64,000 nucleotides of DNA. Source: Candidatus Methanoperedenaceae archaeon. Lineage in GTDB: Archaea; Halobacteriota; Methanosarcinia; Methanosarcinales; Methanoperedenaceae. The notes below the pieces were generated by a model, which was given only the letters and a program-made list of their open reading frames with translations, made no database searches and was not told the origin of the DNA. Positions 27,421-35,840 of the stretch are shown in pieces (the stretch's first letter is position 1; every line of letters starts with the position of its first letter). A program made the position numbers and the translations under genes. Location of the stretch: NCBI GenBank assembly GCA_963753595.1, contig CAVWCX010000034.1:32001-96000 (forward strand). The letters run 5' to 3'.

Positions 27421-27437
27421 TTTACAAGCCTTGTAAA
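27421..27437. promoter_or_regulatory. TTTAC-N7-GTAAA operator, copy 2
   Basis: TTTACaagccttGTAAA, 26 bp upstream of ccmE. Confidence 0.8.
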
Positions 27438-27682
27438 CATAATCAAATATACCCCTCCCTTTTTAAGTGGGTTGCGGTTTATAAAAAACAAATTAAAACG
27501 ATATTTGTTTAAAATTTGTAAACCTGGATTCGGGAGATCAATTAGAATTACCCCTACACATAGGGGTTACGTAAAAATAACTTATTTAATTTTATGTTAC
27601 TCATCTAAACGTTTGAAATAAAAACAAAATTTGCATATTTTGTAGGTAATAAATGTGGTTGTTATGGATAATGAATAAATGG

Positions 27683-27712
27683 AACCGCAGATGAACACAG
27701 ATGAACGCAGAT
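27683..27712. repeat. short 10-bp tandem repeat (C[G/A]CAGATGAA) x~3, REP-like element
   Basis: aaccgcagatgaacacagatgaacgcagat. Confidence 0.6.
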
Positions 27713-27840
27713 TTATTACTACGCTTTCTGAAAATCATATTAATATTGAGGTTACAACATAAAATATTATATAAAATATATAAATTCTTGTGTAACCCTA
27801 TAGGATATATTTGGATGAACTGTTCCAGAAGAAAATAATA

Positions 27841-27980
27841 GGATAGATGTGACCGGAAACGGGTGGAAAAAAAGTTTTTTTCCGGCCACTAATTTATTAA
27901 TACTACATACTTTTTAATGTGAATTTTGGTTTAAAAAATGCAAAAAAAGTACTGTTTTTTTTTAATTTTCTTTAAACCTT
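27841..27980 (-). ncRNA. candidate sRNA unit A (promoter + hairpin), direct repeat copy 1
   Basis: Imperfect repeat of 28076..28212; minus-strand stem GUGGCCGGAA/UUCCGGUCAC with G-U pair; TTAAAAAG about 20 nt upstream. Confidence 0.45.
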
Positions 27981-28075
27981 CTAAGACGAACACGTACGAA
28001 CTCTGGCATTTGGAGCAAATCCCTTGTTTACGATGTTGTGGTCCTCCAGCGATAGGACGAAATCGTATAACAAAT

Positions 28076-28212
28076 GGATAGGTGTGACCGGAATATAGGA
28101 GTACGGAAAAAGGCTGTGTTTTTTCCGGCCACTAATTTACTAATACAACATGCTTTTTAATGTGGATTGTGGTTTAAGAATACAAATAAAATAACTATTT
28201 TCTTTAAACCTT
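28076..28212 (-). ncRNA. candidate sRNA unit B (promoter + hairpin), direct repeat copy 2
   Basis: Same stem and promoter-like flank, different loop. Confidence 0.45.
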
Positions 28213-28362
28213 TTAAATATGGGACATTATTATTTTAAAACTCTTACCTGGAAACCATATACAATACATGGCTTCTAATGATTGTGAATTTTCCCACCAG
28301 CCTGCCGCAAAAAAAAAGAATAGAACCTTTGCCGCTTAATCTGCGGTATAAATTACTATATA

Positions 28363-28713
28363 TTACATCAAGTTTTTCATGCCCGGACCTTTCGAACCCA
28401 TCATCGAACCCATGTTATTACCCATATCCTCACAATGATTCTCGCCTGATGTGACAGTATTTTCCACATCAGGATTTTTGTTGCCCATCATTCCACTTTG
28501 GCCTTTTTCACCATCCATCATATTTTTACCATCACCAGATTTCATCATCTGCTCAGGGCAATTTTTTGCCATATCCTCCATCATTTCAGGAGTACATTCA
28601 TGATTTTCCGTTTCCTTTTTTTTCTCACTTGTATTCTGGGCAAACCCGACAACGGCGCCGAATATAACAATCGTTGCCAGGATTCCGATAATTAAGACTG
28701 TCTTTCGGTTCAT
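28363..28713 (-). CDS. exported Met/His/Cys-rich hypothetical protein
   Basis: Signal/TM; HECTPEMM, CPEQMM, HCEDMG and many MM pairs. Confidence 0.7.
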   Translation of the reverse strand: MNRKTVLIIGILATIVIFGAVVGFAQNTSEKKKETENHECTPEMMEDMAKNCPEQMMKSGDGKNMMDGEKGQSGMMGNKNPDVENTVTSGENHCEDMGNNMGSMMGSKGPGMKNLM

Positions 28714-28718
28714 ATTTC

Positions 28719-28922
28719 TCACGACCTGGTAAAATATGATATTGCTAAAAATACTATGACCATCAGCGCAATGTGCACTAACATATCTCTGGTTCCGCCG
28801 CCCCCACAGCAGCCACCGCCATGTTTCTGCTCCTTTTCGACAGGATTTTGTTCAGTGCCTGTTTGTTCTTTTTTTATTTCTTTATCTGTTTCTTTTGGTT
28901 TACTTGATCCACAGCAGTCCAT
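28719..28922 (-). CDS. small membrane protein with two vicinal CC motifs
   Basis: MDCCGSS...HGGGCCGGGG, C-terminal TM; GGAG upstream. Confidence 0.7.
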   Translation of the reverse strand: MDCCGSSKPKETDKEIKKEQTGTEQNPVEKEQKHGGGCCGGGGTRDMLVHIALMVIVFLAISYFTRS

Positions 28923-29015
28923 TTTTTAATTCTCCATATTAATTATTATCTTGTGTTATGTATTGTCTGTATTAATGGTCATTTTGGTTTAAATTTTGAA
29001 GATTTTTTGCCAAAT

Positions 29016-29249
29016 TTATTCAATTTTCCTAAGCTTTCCACCTGTGAACTGCCCGGCGGCAAAGGATAAAATAAGCACCGGTATTACATTCCACCCGAAA
29101 CCTGAAGATATTCTCAATAAGAACACAAATGGTACAGGTATGTGCACAGCCATCATCCATTTTCTTGAGAATCTGGGGGTATTGTATCTCCAGTAGCCAA
29201 AGGGCAGGTTGATCAAAAACACAAGGAGCATTAATTCTATTATGGACAT
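29016..29249 (-). CDS. small 3-TM hypothetical protein
   Basis: INLPFGYWR...FSRKW..AVHIPVPFV...AGQF.GG. Confidence 0.7.
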   Translation of the reverse strand: MSIIELMLLVFLINLPFGYWRYNTPRFSRKWMMAVHIPVPFVFLLRISSGFGWNVIPVLILSFAAGQFTGGKLRKIE

Positions 29250-29370
29250 AACTTAGCACCATTTGTTTCCATGAGATTAAATCTGCTTTCTCCATTAATC
29301 TCATTTGTGCTTCAAAAATCTAATTAAATAGATAAATAAACTTTAATTTTTTAAAGCGCAAACTATATAA

Positions 29371-29412
29371 TTTACACTGCTCGTAAAGTATTTAGTTTAC
29401 ATCGTGTGTAAA
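29371..29412. promoter_or_regulatory. tandem TTTAC-N7-GTAAA operators, copies 3 and 4
   Basis: TTTACactgctcGTAAA (29371-29387) and TTTACatcgtgtGTAAA (29396-29412), right after TATATAA. Confidence 0.82.
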
Positions 29413-29450
29413 GCACGCGCAGGCTGACAATACTATATCAGGAGGAATCT

Positions 29451-30119
29451 TTGAACATTATTGAACTTGAAGACGTATGGAAGGTTTATAAGATGGGAGA
29501 AGTAGAAGTCCCGGCTCTTAAAGGCCTGAGCTTAAAGGTAGCGCCTGGCGAATTTATAGCGCTCATGGGGCCAAGCGGAAGTGGTAAATCAACAGCTATG
29601 AACATGATCGGCTGTCTTGATATCCCCACAAAAGGCAGTGTGCGGCTTGAAGGACAGGATATTGCTGCCCTCACCGAATTGGAACTTTCCCGGATAAGAG
29701 GCAGGAAAATAGGTTTTGTATTCCAGTCCCATAATCTTTATCCAACATTAACGGCTCTTGAAAATGTCCAGCTGCCCATGAGGGTGCATGAGTTCAGCGA
29801 AGCAGATATATGGGATAGATCAGAGGAACTTCTGCAACTTGTGGGTCTTTCCGGGCGCGCCAACCATTACCCTTCCCAGCTATCGGGAGGCCAGAGCCAG
29901 AGAGTAGCGATCGCAAGAGCGCTTTCCACAAATCCCTTATTGCTCCTGGCTGATGAGCCAACCGGAAATCTCGATACAGAAGCCGGAAAAGAGGTACTGG
30001 ATATTTTCGGCCAGCTAAATGTGCAGGGGGTCACTGTAGTAATGATAACCCACGATGAGAAAATTGCCGGAATGGCGAACAAAATAGTGAGAATGAGGGA
30101 TGGAACACTCGCATCATAA
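29451..30119 (+). CDS. ABC ATP-binding protein (LolD/MacB type)
   Basis: GPSGSGKS, LSGGQSQR, LADEPTGNLD; TTG start after AGGAGG. Confidence 0.92.
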   Translation: MNIIELEDVWKVYKMGEVEVPALKGLSLKVAPGEFIALMGPSGSGKSTAMNMIGCLDIPTKGSVRLEGQDIAALTELELSRIRGRKIGFVFQSHNLYPTLTALENVQLPMRVHEFSEADIWDRSEELLQLVGLSGRANHYPSQLSGGQSQRVAIARALSTNPLLLLADEPTGNLDTEAGKEVLDIFGQLNVQGVTVVMITHDEKIAGMANKIVRMRDGTLAS

Positions 30120-30133
30120 GGAGTGAATAAAAC

Positions 30134-31387
30134 ATGAATCCTGTAAGAAAAAGTATTATGGTTTTACTTATATCGCTACTGTTTTTACAGAGCGCATCAG
30201 CAGCGACGAATGAATATCTTCTAACTGAACATGAACCAGTATCTCCAGGGGATACGGTTTTTATATGGGTTCCGATAAAAAACATTGGTTATGGGAACTT
30301 GATGACAGATACAGTAGTGAAGCTGGTCCCTGCAAATAATGCTACTGAAAAAGCAATACATGTCCTTGGTAATGAAGTGATACTCGGCAATATGGAAGAA
30401 TGGAATGACATGCGCACAGCCAAGTTTAAAGTCCATATAGATCAGAGTGCAGTCGAAGGGGAATACGAGTTTAACGTCTATGTAACTGCAAAAGGAAAAG
30501 ACAGCGGGATCAGTTCAACGGAAATGCAAAAGGACAGGATCCTTGTAGTTTCCGGCATGCCTGTGATAACACTTTCAAACGTTTCTATCGGAAGTGTCGC
30601 GCCAGGCTCAACAAATGAAGTTATTATTAAATTCAAGAACGAAGGGACAGGTACAGCAAGGAACCTGTATGCTGATATAAACACTGCAAGCGAGCATCTG
30701 GCATCCGTATTCTCAATACTTGGTTCAGGTACGCGATTTTCACTTGGAAGCCTGAGCCCGGGTGAAGAGACCCGGATAAGATTCAATATACTGGTTGATT
30801 CGCAGGCACAGACTGGTGTTTATAATATACCGTTACGGATTTCAGGATTTAACTATTCTGCCAGCGATTCCATTGGAATAGGCGTAGCAGGGATAACAGA
30901 ATTTGAGTTAAGTTACCAGGAATCAGGAACAAGTTTCCTCCTCAGTGTATCTAATATAGGGGTCAATCCGGCCAAAGCGGTAAGCGTGGAAATACCAAAT
31001 CAAAACAGTTTCAGCGTAACCGGGAGTAATACACAGGTGATCGGAAATCTCAACTCCGGGGACTACACCTCTGCAAATTTCCAGGTAAACCAGAAAGGCA
31101 GTGGCTCTCAAATGAATATCAAGTTACAGTACACTGACGCTGCTGGTATGCGGCGATCAATAGAAAAGAAGCTGACTGTGAAACTTTCAAACGGGATGGC
31201 TGGTGCAACATCTAAGGAAGCCAATGACCAGCATGCAGCGATGCATGGAACAAACTATTCGCAACAACTACTAAACTTTGCCCCTTACCTCGGGATAGTT
31301 CTTCTTGGCATCGTTGGCTTCTGGCGGCGAAAGAGCATCACTGAAATGTATCAGAGACTGAAATTCCAGAGGCCGAGAAAAAAATGA
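30134..31387 (+). CDS. COG1361-like S-layer/Ig-repeat protein
   Basis: Signal peptide; PVSPGD, KNEGTGTA, LGSLSPGEE, IGNLNSGD; C-terminal TM; lies between ABC ATPase and permease. Confidence 0.8.
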   Translation: MNPVRKSIMVLLISLLFLQSASAATNEYLLTEHEPVSPGDTVFIWVPIKNIGYGNLMTDTVVKLVPANNATEKAIHVLGNEVILGNMEEWNDMRTAKFKVHIDQSAVEGEYEFNVYVTAKGKDSGISSTEMQKDRILVVSGMPVITLSNVSIGSVAPGSTNEVIIKFKNEGTGTARNLYADINTASEHLASVFSILGSGTRFSLGSLSPGEETRIRFNILVDSQAQTGVYNIPLRISGFNYSASDSIGIGVAGITEFELSYQESGTSFLLSVSNIGVNPAKAVSVEIPNQNSFSVTGSNTQVIGNLNSGDYTSANFQVNQKGSGSQMNIKLQYTDAAGMRRSIEKKLTVKLSNGMAGATSKEANDQHAAMHGTNYSQQLLNFAPYLGIVLLGIVGFWRRKSITEMYQRLKFQRPRKK

Positions 31388-32640
31388 GGCTTCTGGATAT
31401 CATCCTGCTATCTCTTTCCCATGTAAAGAAAAGCAGGATGAGAAGCTGGCTTACCATTGTAGGTGTGATCATAGGTGTCGCTTCAGTTGTAGCCATTATA
31501 TCCATAGGCCAGGGAATGCAGGAAAATGTGCAGCAGAGGCTGGGAAGCTTCGGCGCGGATATAATAACCGTTATCCCTGGATATTTCAGGGCGACCGGCG
31601 TTCACAGCGAAATGCATACAGACAGGTCTGTGAGTACGAGTTCTTCGATCAACCTCACAGATAAAGACATTAAGGTGATCAAGCAGGTGCCAGGTGTCAT
31701 GTATGCAAACGGGCTCGTTTCGGGCAAAGCCGACCTCAAATACGATAATGAGAAAACAGTGGTTTCTGTAACCGGGGTAGATACTTCAATCTGGAGACTG
31801 ATGGATACTACAGGAATAGATGATGGAAGATATCTTCAGGCAGGGGATTCTAATTCAATTGTAGTTGGGTACAATCTTGCTTATGGGACTTTCCTTGTTC
31901 CCATAACTCTTAACCGTCCGATTACGATCGGAGGCAAGAGCTTCAGGGTTGTGGGTATTCTCAAGCAATCCGGTGGATTAGGGGGCAGCAGTGACACAGG
32001 GATTTATATGCCTGCCGAAATGGCAAGAGAAGCTATAACTGAAAAAGTAAGAAATAACCAGTTCACATCTATAGTCATTAAAGCCTCGGACTCTTCCCTT
32101 GTTGAATACATTAAAGCGGATATCGAGCAGAAACTCATGAGTTCAAGACAGGTAAATCCGCGAACAAAGGATTTTACAGTCATTGCATCTGCGCTTATAC
32201 GTGAACAGATGAGCGGTGTAACCCAGACATTATCCTTATTCTTGAGTGCGATCGCTGCTGTCTCGCTGCTTGTTGGGGCAATCGGCATAGCAAACACAAT
32301 GTTCATGTCGGTGATGGAACGAACCAGGCAAATAGGGTTATTGAAAGCGATAGGAACGAGTGAAGAGGAGATCATGAAGCTTTTTCTTATCGAGTCGGGA
32401 ATATTCGGACTCGCAGGCGGTATCATAGGTGTGATATTTGGTGTGGCTATTTCCCTGCTTATTCCTTACCTGGGTATCCAGGCGCTGGGCTTTGGCGGGG
32501 ATATGAAAGCAACAATAACTGCCGGGACCATATTTTTCGCAATAGGATTTTCGGTTGTTGTAGGCATATTATCCGGAATAATTCCTGCCAGGCACGCAGC
32601 AAAGATGAGACCCGTGGATGCTATAAGATATGATCAGTGA
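31384..32640 (+). CDS. ABC permease (MacB/FtsX type)
   Basis: RSWLTIVGVIIGVASVV, GIANTMFMSVMERTRQIG. Confidence 0.92.
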   Translation: MRLLDIILLSLSHVKKSRMRSWLTIVGVIIGVASVVAIISIGQGMQENVQQRLGSFGADIITVIPGYFRATGVHSEMHTDRSVSTSSSINLTDKDIKVIKQVPGVMYANGLVSGKADLKYDNEKTVVSVTGVDTSIWRLMDTTGIDDGRYLQAGDSNSIVVGYNLAYGTFLVPITLNRPITIGGKSFRVVGILKQSGGLGGSSDTGIYMPAEMAREAITEKVRNNQFTSIVIKASDSSLVEYIKADIEQKLMSSRQVNPRTKDFTVIASALIREQMSGVTQTLSLFLSAIAAVSLLVGAIGIANTMFMSVMERTRQIGLLKAIGTSEEEIMKLFLIESGIFGLAGGIIGVIFGVAISLLIPYLGIQALGFGGDMKATITAGTIFFAIGFSVVVGILSGIIPARHAAKMRPVDAIRYDQ

Positions 32641-32698
32641 GAAAATGATATATAAATGATATATGACTAAAGATAAATGAAGATGACTTAGATTATTT

Positions 32699-32920
32699 AT
32701 GACAGAAGATGACCTGGATTACAAATATGACATCGAAGCTATTGAAAAGGAGATGATGGAGGAACTGAAAAAGCCGCATGGCAAAAGGATACTTGTCTGT
32801 CCGGTCTGCGGCTCCTCCGATGTTACATATTACATGGGCCTAAAAATGGGATATCAGTACCAGTGCAAGGAATGCAATTATGTGGGAGCACTGATACTGG
32901 AAAAGGATGCCACTTCCTAA
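32699..32920 (+). CDS. small zinc-ribbon protein
   Basis: CPVCGS...YQCKECNYVG. Confidence 0.75.
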   Translation: MTEDDLDYKYDIEAIEKEMMEELKKPHGKRILVCPVCGSSDVTYYMGLKMGYQYQCKECNYVGALILEKDATS

Positions 32921-32991
32921 TATCCTAAATAGATTGTGGTTTAAATTCCTAAAACGAAACTACTTTAAAGGATATCGGACAATTAATTAAT

Positions 32992-33159
32992 ATGCCAATC
33001 GACCCTGTCTGCTGGATGCGTGTTGATGGAACTGCGGAACATACATCGGAATTTAATGGAAATAAGTATTATTTCTGTTCATCTAAATGCAAGAAAGAAT
33101 TCGATGAGGCTCCTGATAAGTACCTGGGTGTGAAAAGCCAGATGAAAATGCCTGAATAG
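32992..33159 (+). CDS. 55-aa YHS/TRASH protein (not in ORF track)
   Basis: MPIDPVCWMRVD...NGNKYYFCSSKCKKEFDEAPDKY. Confidence 0.85.
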   Translation: MPIDPVCWMRVDGTAEHTSEFNGNKYYFCSSKCKKEFDEAPDKYLGVKSQMKMPE

Positions 33160-33195
33160 AACTGGAAATTCAATCTTTATTGTGGGAGGTAAACT

Positions 33196-33426
33196 ATGAC
33201 ATTCGGAATGATGGACGGTTACGGTATGAGCTTTGGAATTATGTTAATTCTTGGGCTGGTATTCTGGATATTAGTAATAATAGGACTTGTGTTGCTTATC
33301 AAATATCTATGGGAGGGAGGAGCCGGGAAAGAACAGGAATCTGCAATTGAAATCCTGAAGAAAAAATACGCCCGTGGAGAAATAAGTAAAGAAGAATTTG
33401 AAGAGAAAAAGAAAGACCTGACATGA
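33196..33426 (+). CDS. SHOCT-domain small membrane protein
   Basis: GMMDGYG, TM, AIEILKKKYARGEISKEEFEE. Confidence 0.88.
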   Translation: MTFGMMDGYGMSFGIMLILGLVFWILVIIGLVLLIKYLWEGGAGKEQESAIEILKKKYARGEISKEEFEEKKKDLT

Positions 33427-33899
33427 ATAAGCTTTATAAAAAAATCCTGATAGCAACAGATGGGTCAGAGCATACTGAAAAAGCAATAACCCACGCGATC
33501 GAACTTGCAAAGCTCACAGGAGCCGGGCTTCATGCTGTTTATGTGATAAGCATCGTTTCCCCGCATGCCGCATTGGAAATAAAATCCGACTCTGGTACTG
33601 GATCATATGAAGCCATAGATGCATCCATAGAGGGTTTGAAGAATATCCTGAGACATGAAGGCGATAAAGCAATAAAATACATAGAGGAACTGGCAAACAC
33701 TGAAGGCGTGGATGTCACAAAATGGATCCTGGAAGGCCAGCCTGCAAAGGAGATCCTGAAACTTGCTGAAGAGGAGTCTGTTGATATAATAGTGATGGGT
33801 ACACTGGGCAGGAGTGGGATCGAAAAATTCCTGCTTGGAAGCGTGGCTGATAAAGTGGTGCGTGGTTCAAGGATCCCTGTGCTTGTCGTTAGAAAATAA
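33423..33899 (+). CDS. universal stress protein
   Basis: KILIATDGS...DIIVMGTLGRSGIEKFLLGSVADKVVR...PVLVV. Confidence 0.93.
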   Translation: MNKLYKKILIATDGSEHTEKAITHAIELAKLTGAGLHAVYVISIVSPHAALEIKSDSGTGSYEAIDASIEGLKNILRHEGDKAIKYIEELANTEGVDVTKWILEGQPAKEILKLAEEESVDIIVMGTLGRSGIEKFLLGSVADKVVRGSRIPVLVVRK

Positions 33900-33922
33900 A
33901 GAAAGAATCAATGTTCATTCCG

Positions 33923-34630
33923 CTATTCCCACCATCCCATTGGTGGGATTCTCCTTGAATAACCGCCTCTTGTACCGTTTTCTTCACTATATCTGCCGAC
34001 TTGATCATCCCTGGTTTTGACTTCTGTATCATTTCTTTCTCCCCGCCCGAAAATAGGCGGCCCATTCTGGAACATGCGCATAAATCTCCGGTCAGTCCTG
34101 GATTCAAACTTATCCTCAAGTTGCGCGCTGTTATCCAAGGCTCTCTTTAGTCCCTTGTTATCAGGGTAATCATCAAGCAGTCGTTCCAGGACGAACTGAT
34201 GCATGATAATCTTCCTCTGTGCACCGAAAAGTTCTGAAACATTTCCGGTGGTGTTCGAAATTGACTCATCAACAGCTTTGATCTTTTCCCTGTAGCGTTC
34301 AATCGCGACATTGGCGTTATTCTCATTATTGCTTCTTAATTCAGTTTTTGCCTCAGCTATCCGCGATCTTGCATGTTCTATTTGTTTTTCGATTCTTTGG
34401 CTCTCATTAAATATGAATATCTCACCAAAGTTCTCAAATGCTATTTTTAATCCATATAAAGCGCTGTCCGGGCCTATTGAACCTTCATAAGGCGCTATGT
34501 CCTCAAAATTTTCATCAGTTGTGCCATTGGCCAGGTCATCCAGTTGTGCCATGCCAATATTTATTGTAAAGGCAAGAGATAACAGGATTGTTCCTGAAAT
34601 CATAATATGCCTCATATTTATATTTTTCAT
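33923..34630 (-). CDS. exported helical protein (DUF5667-like)
   Basis: Signal peptide; IGPDSALYGLKIAFEN...HARSRIAEA. Confidence 0.65.
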   Translation of the reverse strand: MKNINMRHIMISGTILLSLAFTINIGMAQLDDLANGTTDENFEDIAPYEGSIGPDSALYGLKIAFENFGEIFIFNESQRIEKQIEHARSRIAEAKTELRSNNENNANVAIERYREKIKAVDESISNTTGNVSELFGAQRKIIMHQFVLERLLDDYPDNKGLKRALDNSAQLEDKFESRTDRRFMRMFQNGPPIFGRGERNDTEVKTRDDQVGRYSEENGTRGGYSRRIPPMGWWE

Positions 34631-34785
34631 ATCCTACCTTCTAATTCTGGCATTTTGCCATAAATTTAATTATTATAGTTTTAGAAGGGGCTCATTCTTT
34701 AATCGGTTTTTGCTTTAAAAAGTTAAAATCGTCCATATCGTTTTTTACTTTTTTATGGGAAGCTCTGCGCCATTAAGTACCATTT

Positions 34786-35088
34786 CTACTTTTCTTTATT
34801 GAGAAGCCTATACCACATAAATATTATCTGCACAAGTATCAGTATAACAACCGGAAACACACCATAGTAAACAGGATGCAGTTCTGGTGGTAAAGTTCCC
34901 CCAAGCTCAGTAATTTCCATTATTATGTGGAAGGTCACCAGCCCTATCACAACCAGTGTAAGTTTGAAATTGTTATACAAAAATGATTTATCCAGAAATA
35001 CCCTCGCTTTCAGTATGTTGAGATCACTTTTCTTCAAATGTTCCCAGCTCTTGAGAGAAAAATATACCCCGATGCATGCAACTATCAA
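34786..35088 (-). CDS. small hypothetical membrane protein
   Basis: 3 TM; LKARVFLDKSFL; 5' end uncertain. Confidence 0.55.
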   Translation of the reverse strand: MIVACIGVYFSLKSWEHLKKSDLNILKARVFLDKSFLYNNFKLTLVVIGLVTFHIIMEITELGGTLPPELHPVYYGVFPVVILILVQIIFMWYRLLNKEK

Positions 35089-35260
35089 TGCTTATATGGT
35101 TTGTGCTTAAATAAAACAAAAAAATTTATACTATTTATTCATTTTTTTAAACGGAAACTAATATAGCAACGAAATTAATTAAATGCTATTATGAGTGTTC
35201 CTTTAAGCTTCCTTTCTATCAGGCTTTGGAACAGAGCCGCATCTTTGGTTATAAAGAGGA

Positions 35261-35596
35261 ATGGCAATGATAATGAAAGAAGTAATCGAAGAAATAAAGA
35301 GGTTCATAGATAACCACGATAAAACAGATTCTCCATTGTTCATTTACTACGAACCCATAAAAACCAATGAAAAAGGTAAAGTGCTCAAAAATACCGGATT
35401 CTTGGCCACAATAGACGAGTCCATTGCAGTAAAATCCAATAATATGTATGTAACTTTTTATGGAGAGGAATATGTATGCACGCTGGATATGAGACTGTGG
35501 CTTCGTGGTATAGTGCCGCTGTCGGAGATTGAGACCCTCGAGATAATTGAAAGTTTATTTGTGAATGGTGATGAAATAAATGAACATTTTAGATAG
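35261..35596 (+). CDS. hypothetical protein
   Basis: 111-aa ORF with GAGGA upstream; no motif recognised. Confidence 0.5.
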   Translation: MAMIMKEVIEEIKRFIDNHDKTDSPLFIYYEPIKTNEKGKVLKNTGFLATIDESIAVKSNNMYVTFYGEEYVCTLDMRLWLRGIVPLSEIETLEIIESLFVNGDEINEHFR

Positions 35597-35837
35597 ATTG
35601 TTTGGTAAGAAGAATAAAAGAGATACAATGGAGACTAGAAATAGAAGGATAAAGGTTCGACTCTCAAGTATGGTAGGAGATACAAATAGATTAATGACTA
35701 TTCAGGAACTGAAAGAAGATTATATAGACTATTTAATAATAGATACTAAATCTGGAGAAAATATAGATATTGAAAAATTGGAAAATTTAGATACAGAAGA
35801 AGTAGTAGTAAAAAAACGTGACGAAGAATGTTGTTAG
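35580..35837 (+). CDS. hypothetical protein, AT-rich
   Basis: 85-aa ORF overlapping the previous gene; GGTGA upstream. Confidence 0.5.
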   Translation: MNILDRLFGKKNKRDTMETRNRRIKVRLSSMVGDTNRLMTIQELKEDYIDYLIIDTKSGENIDIEKLENLDTEEVVVKKRDEECC

Positions 35838-35840
35838 ACC

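Noticed and set aside
27841-28212. CRISPR array
   Set aside because: Only two long imperfect copies, no regular repeat-spacer period and no cas genes.
27500-28350. Replication origin (AT-rich gap with GTTCCAGAAGAAA near 27821)
   Set aside because: Single weak ORB-like match, no G-string repeats and no cdc6/orc1 nearby.
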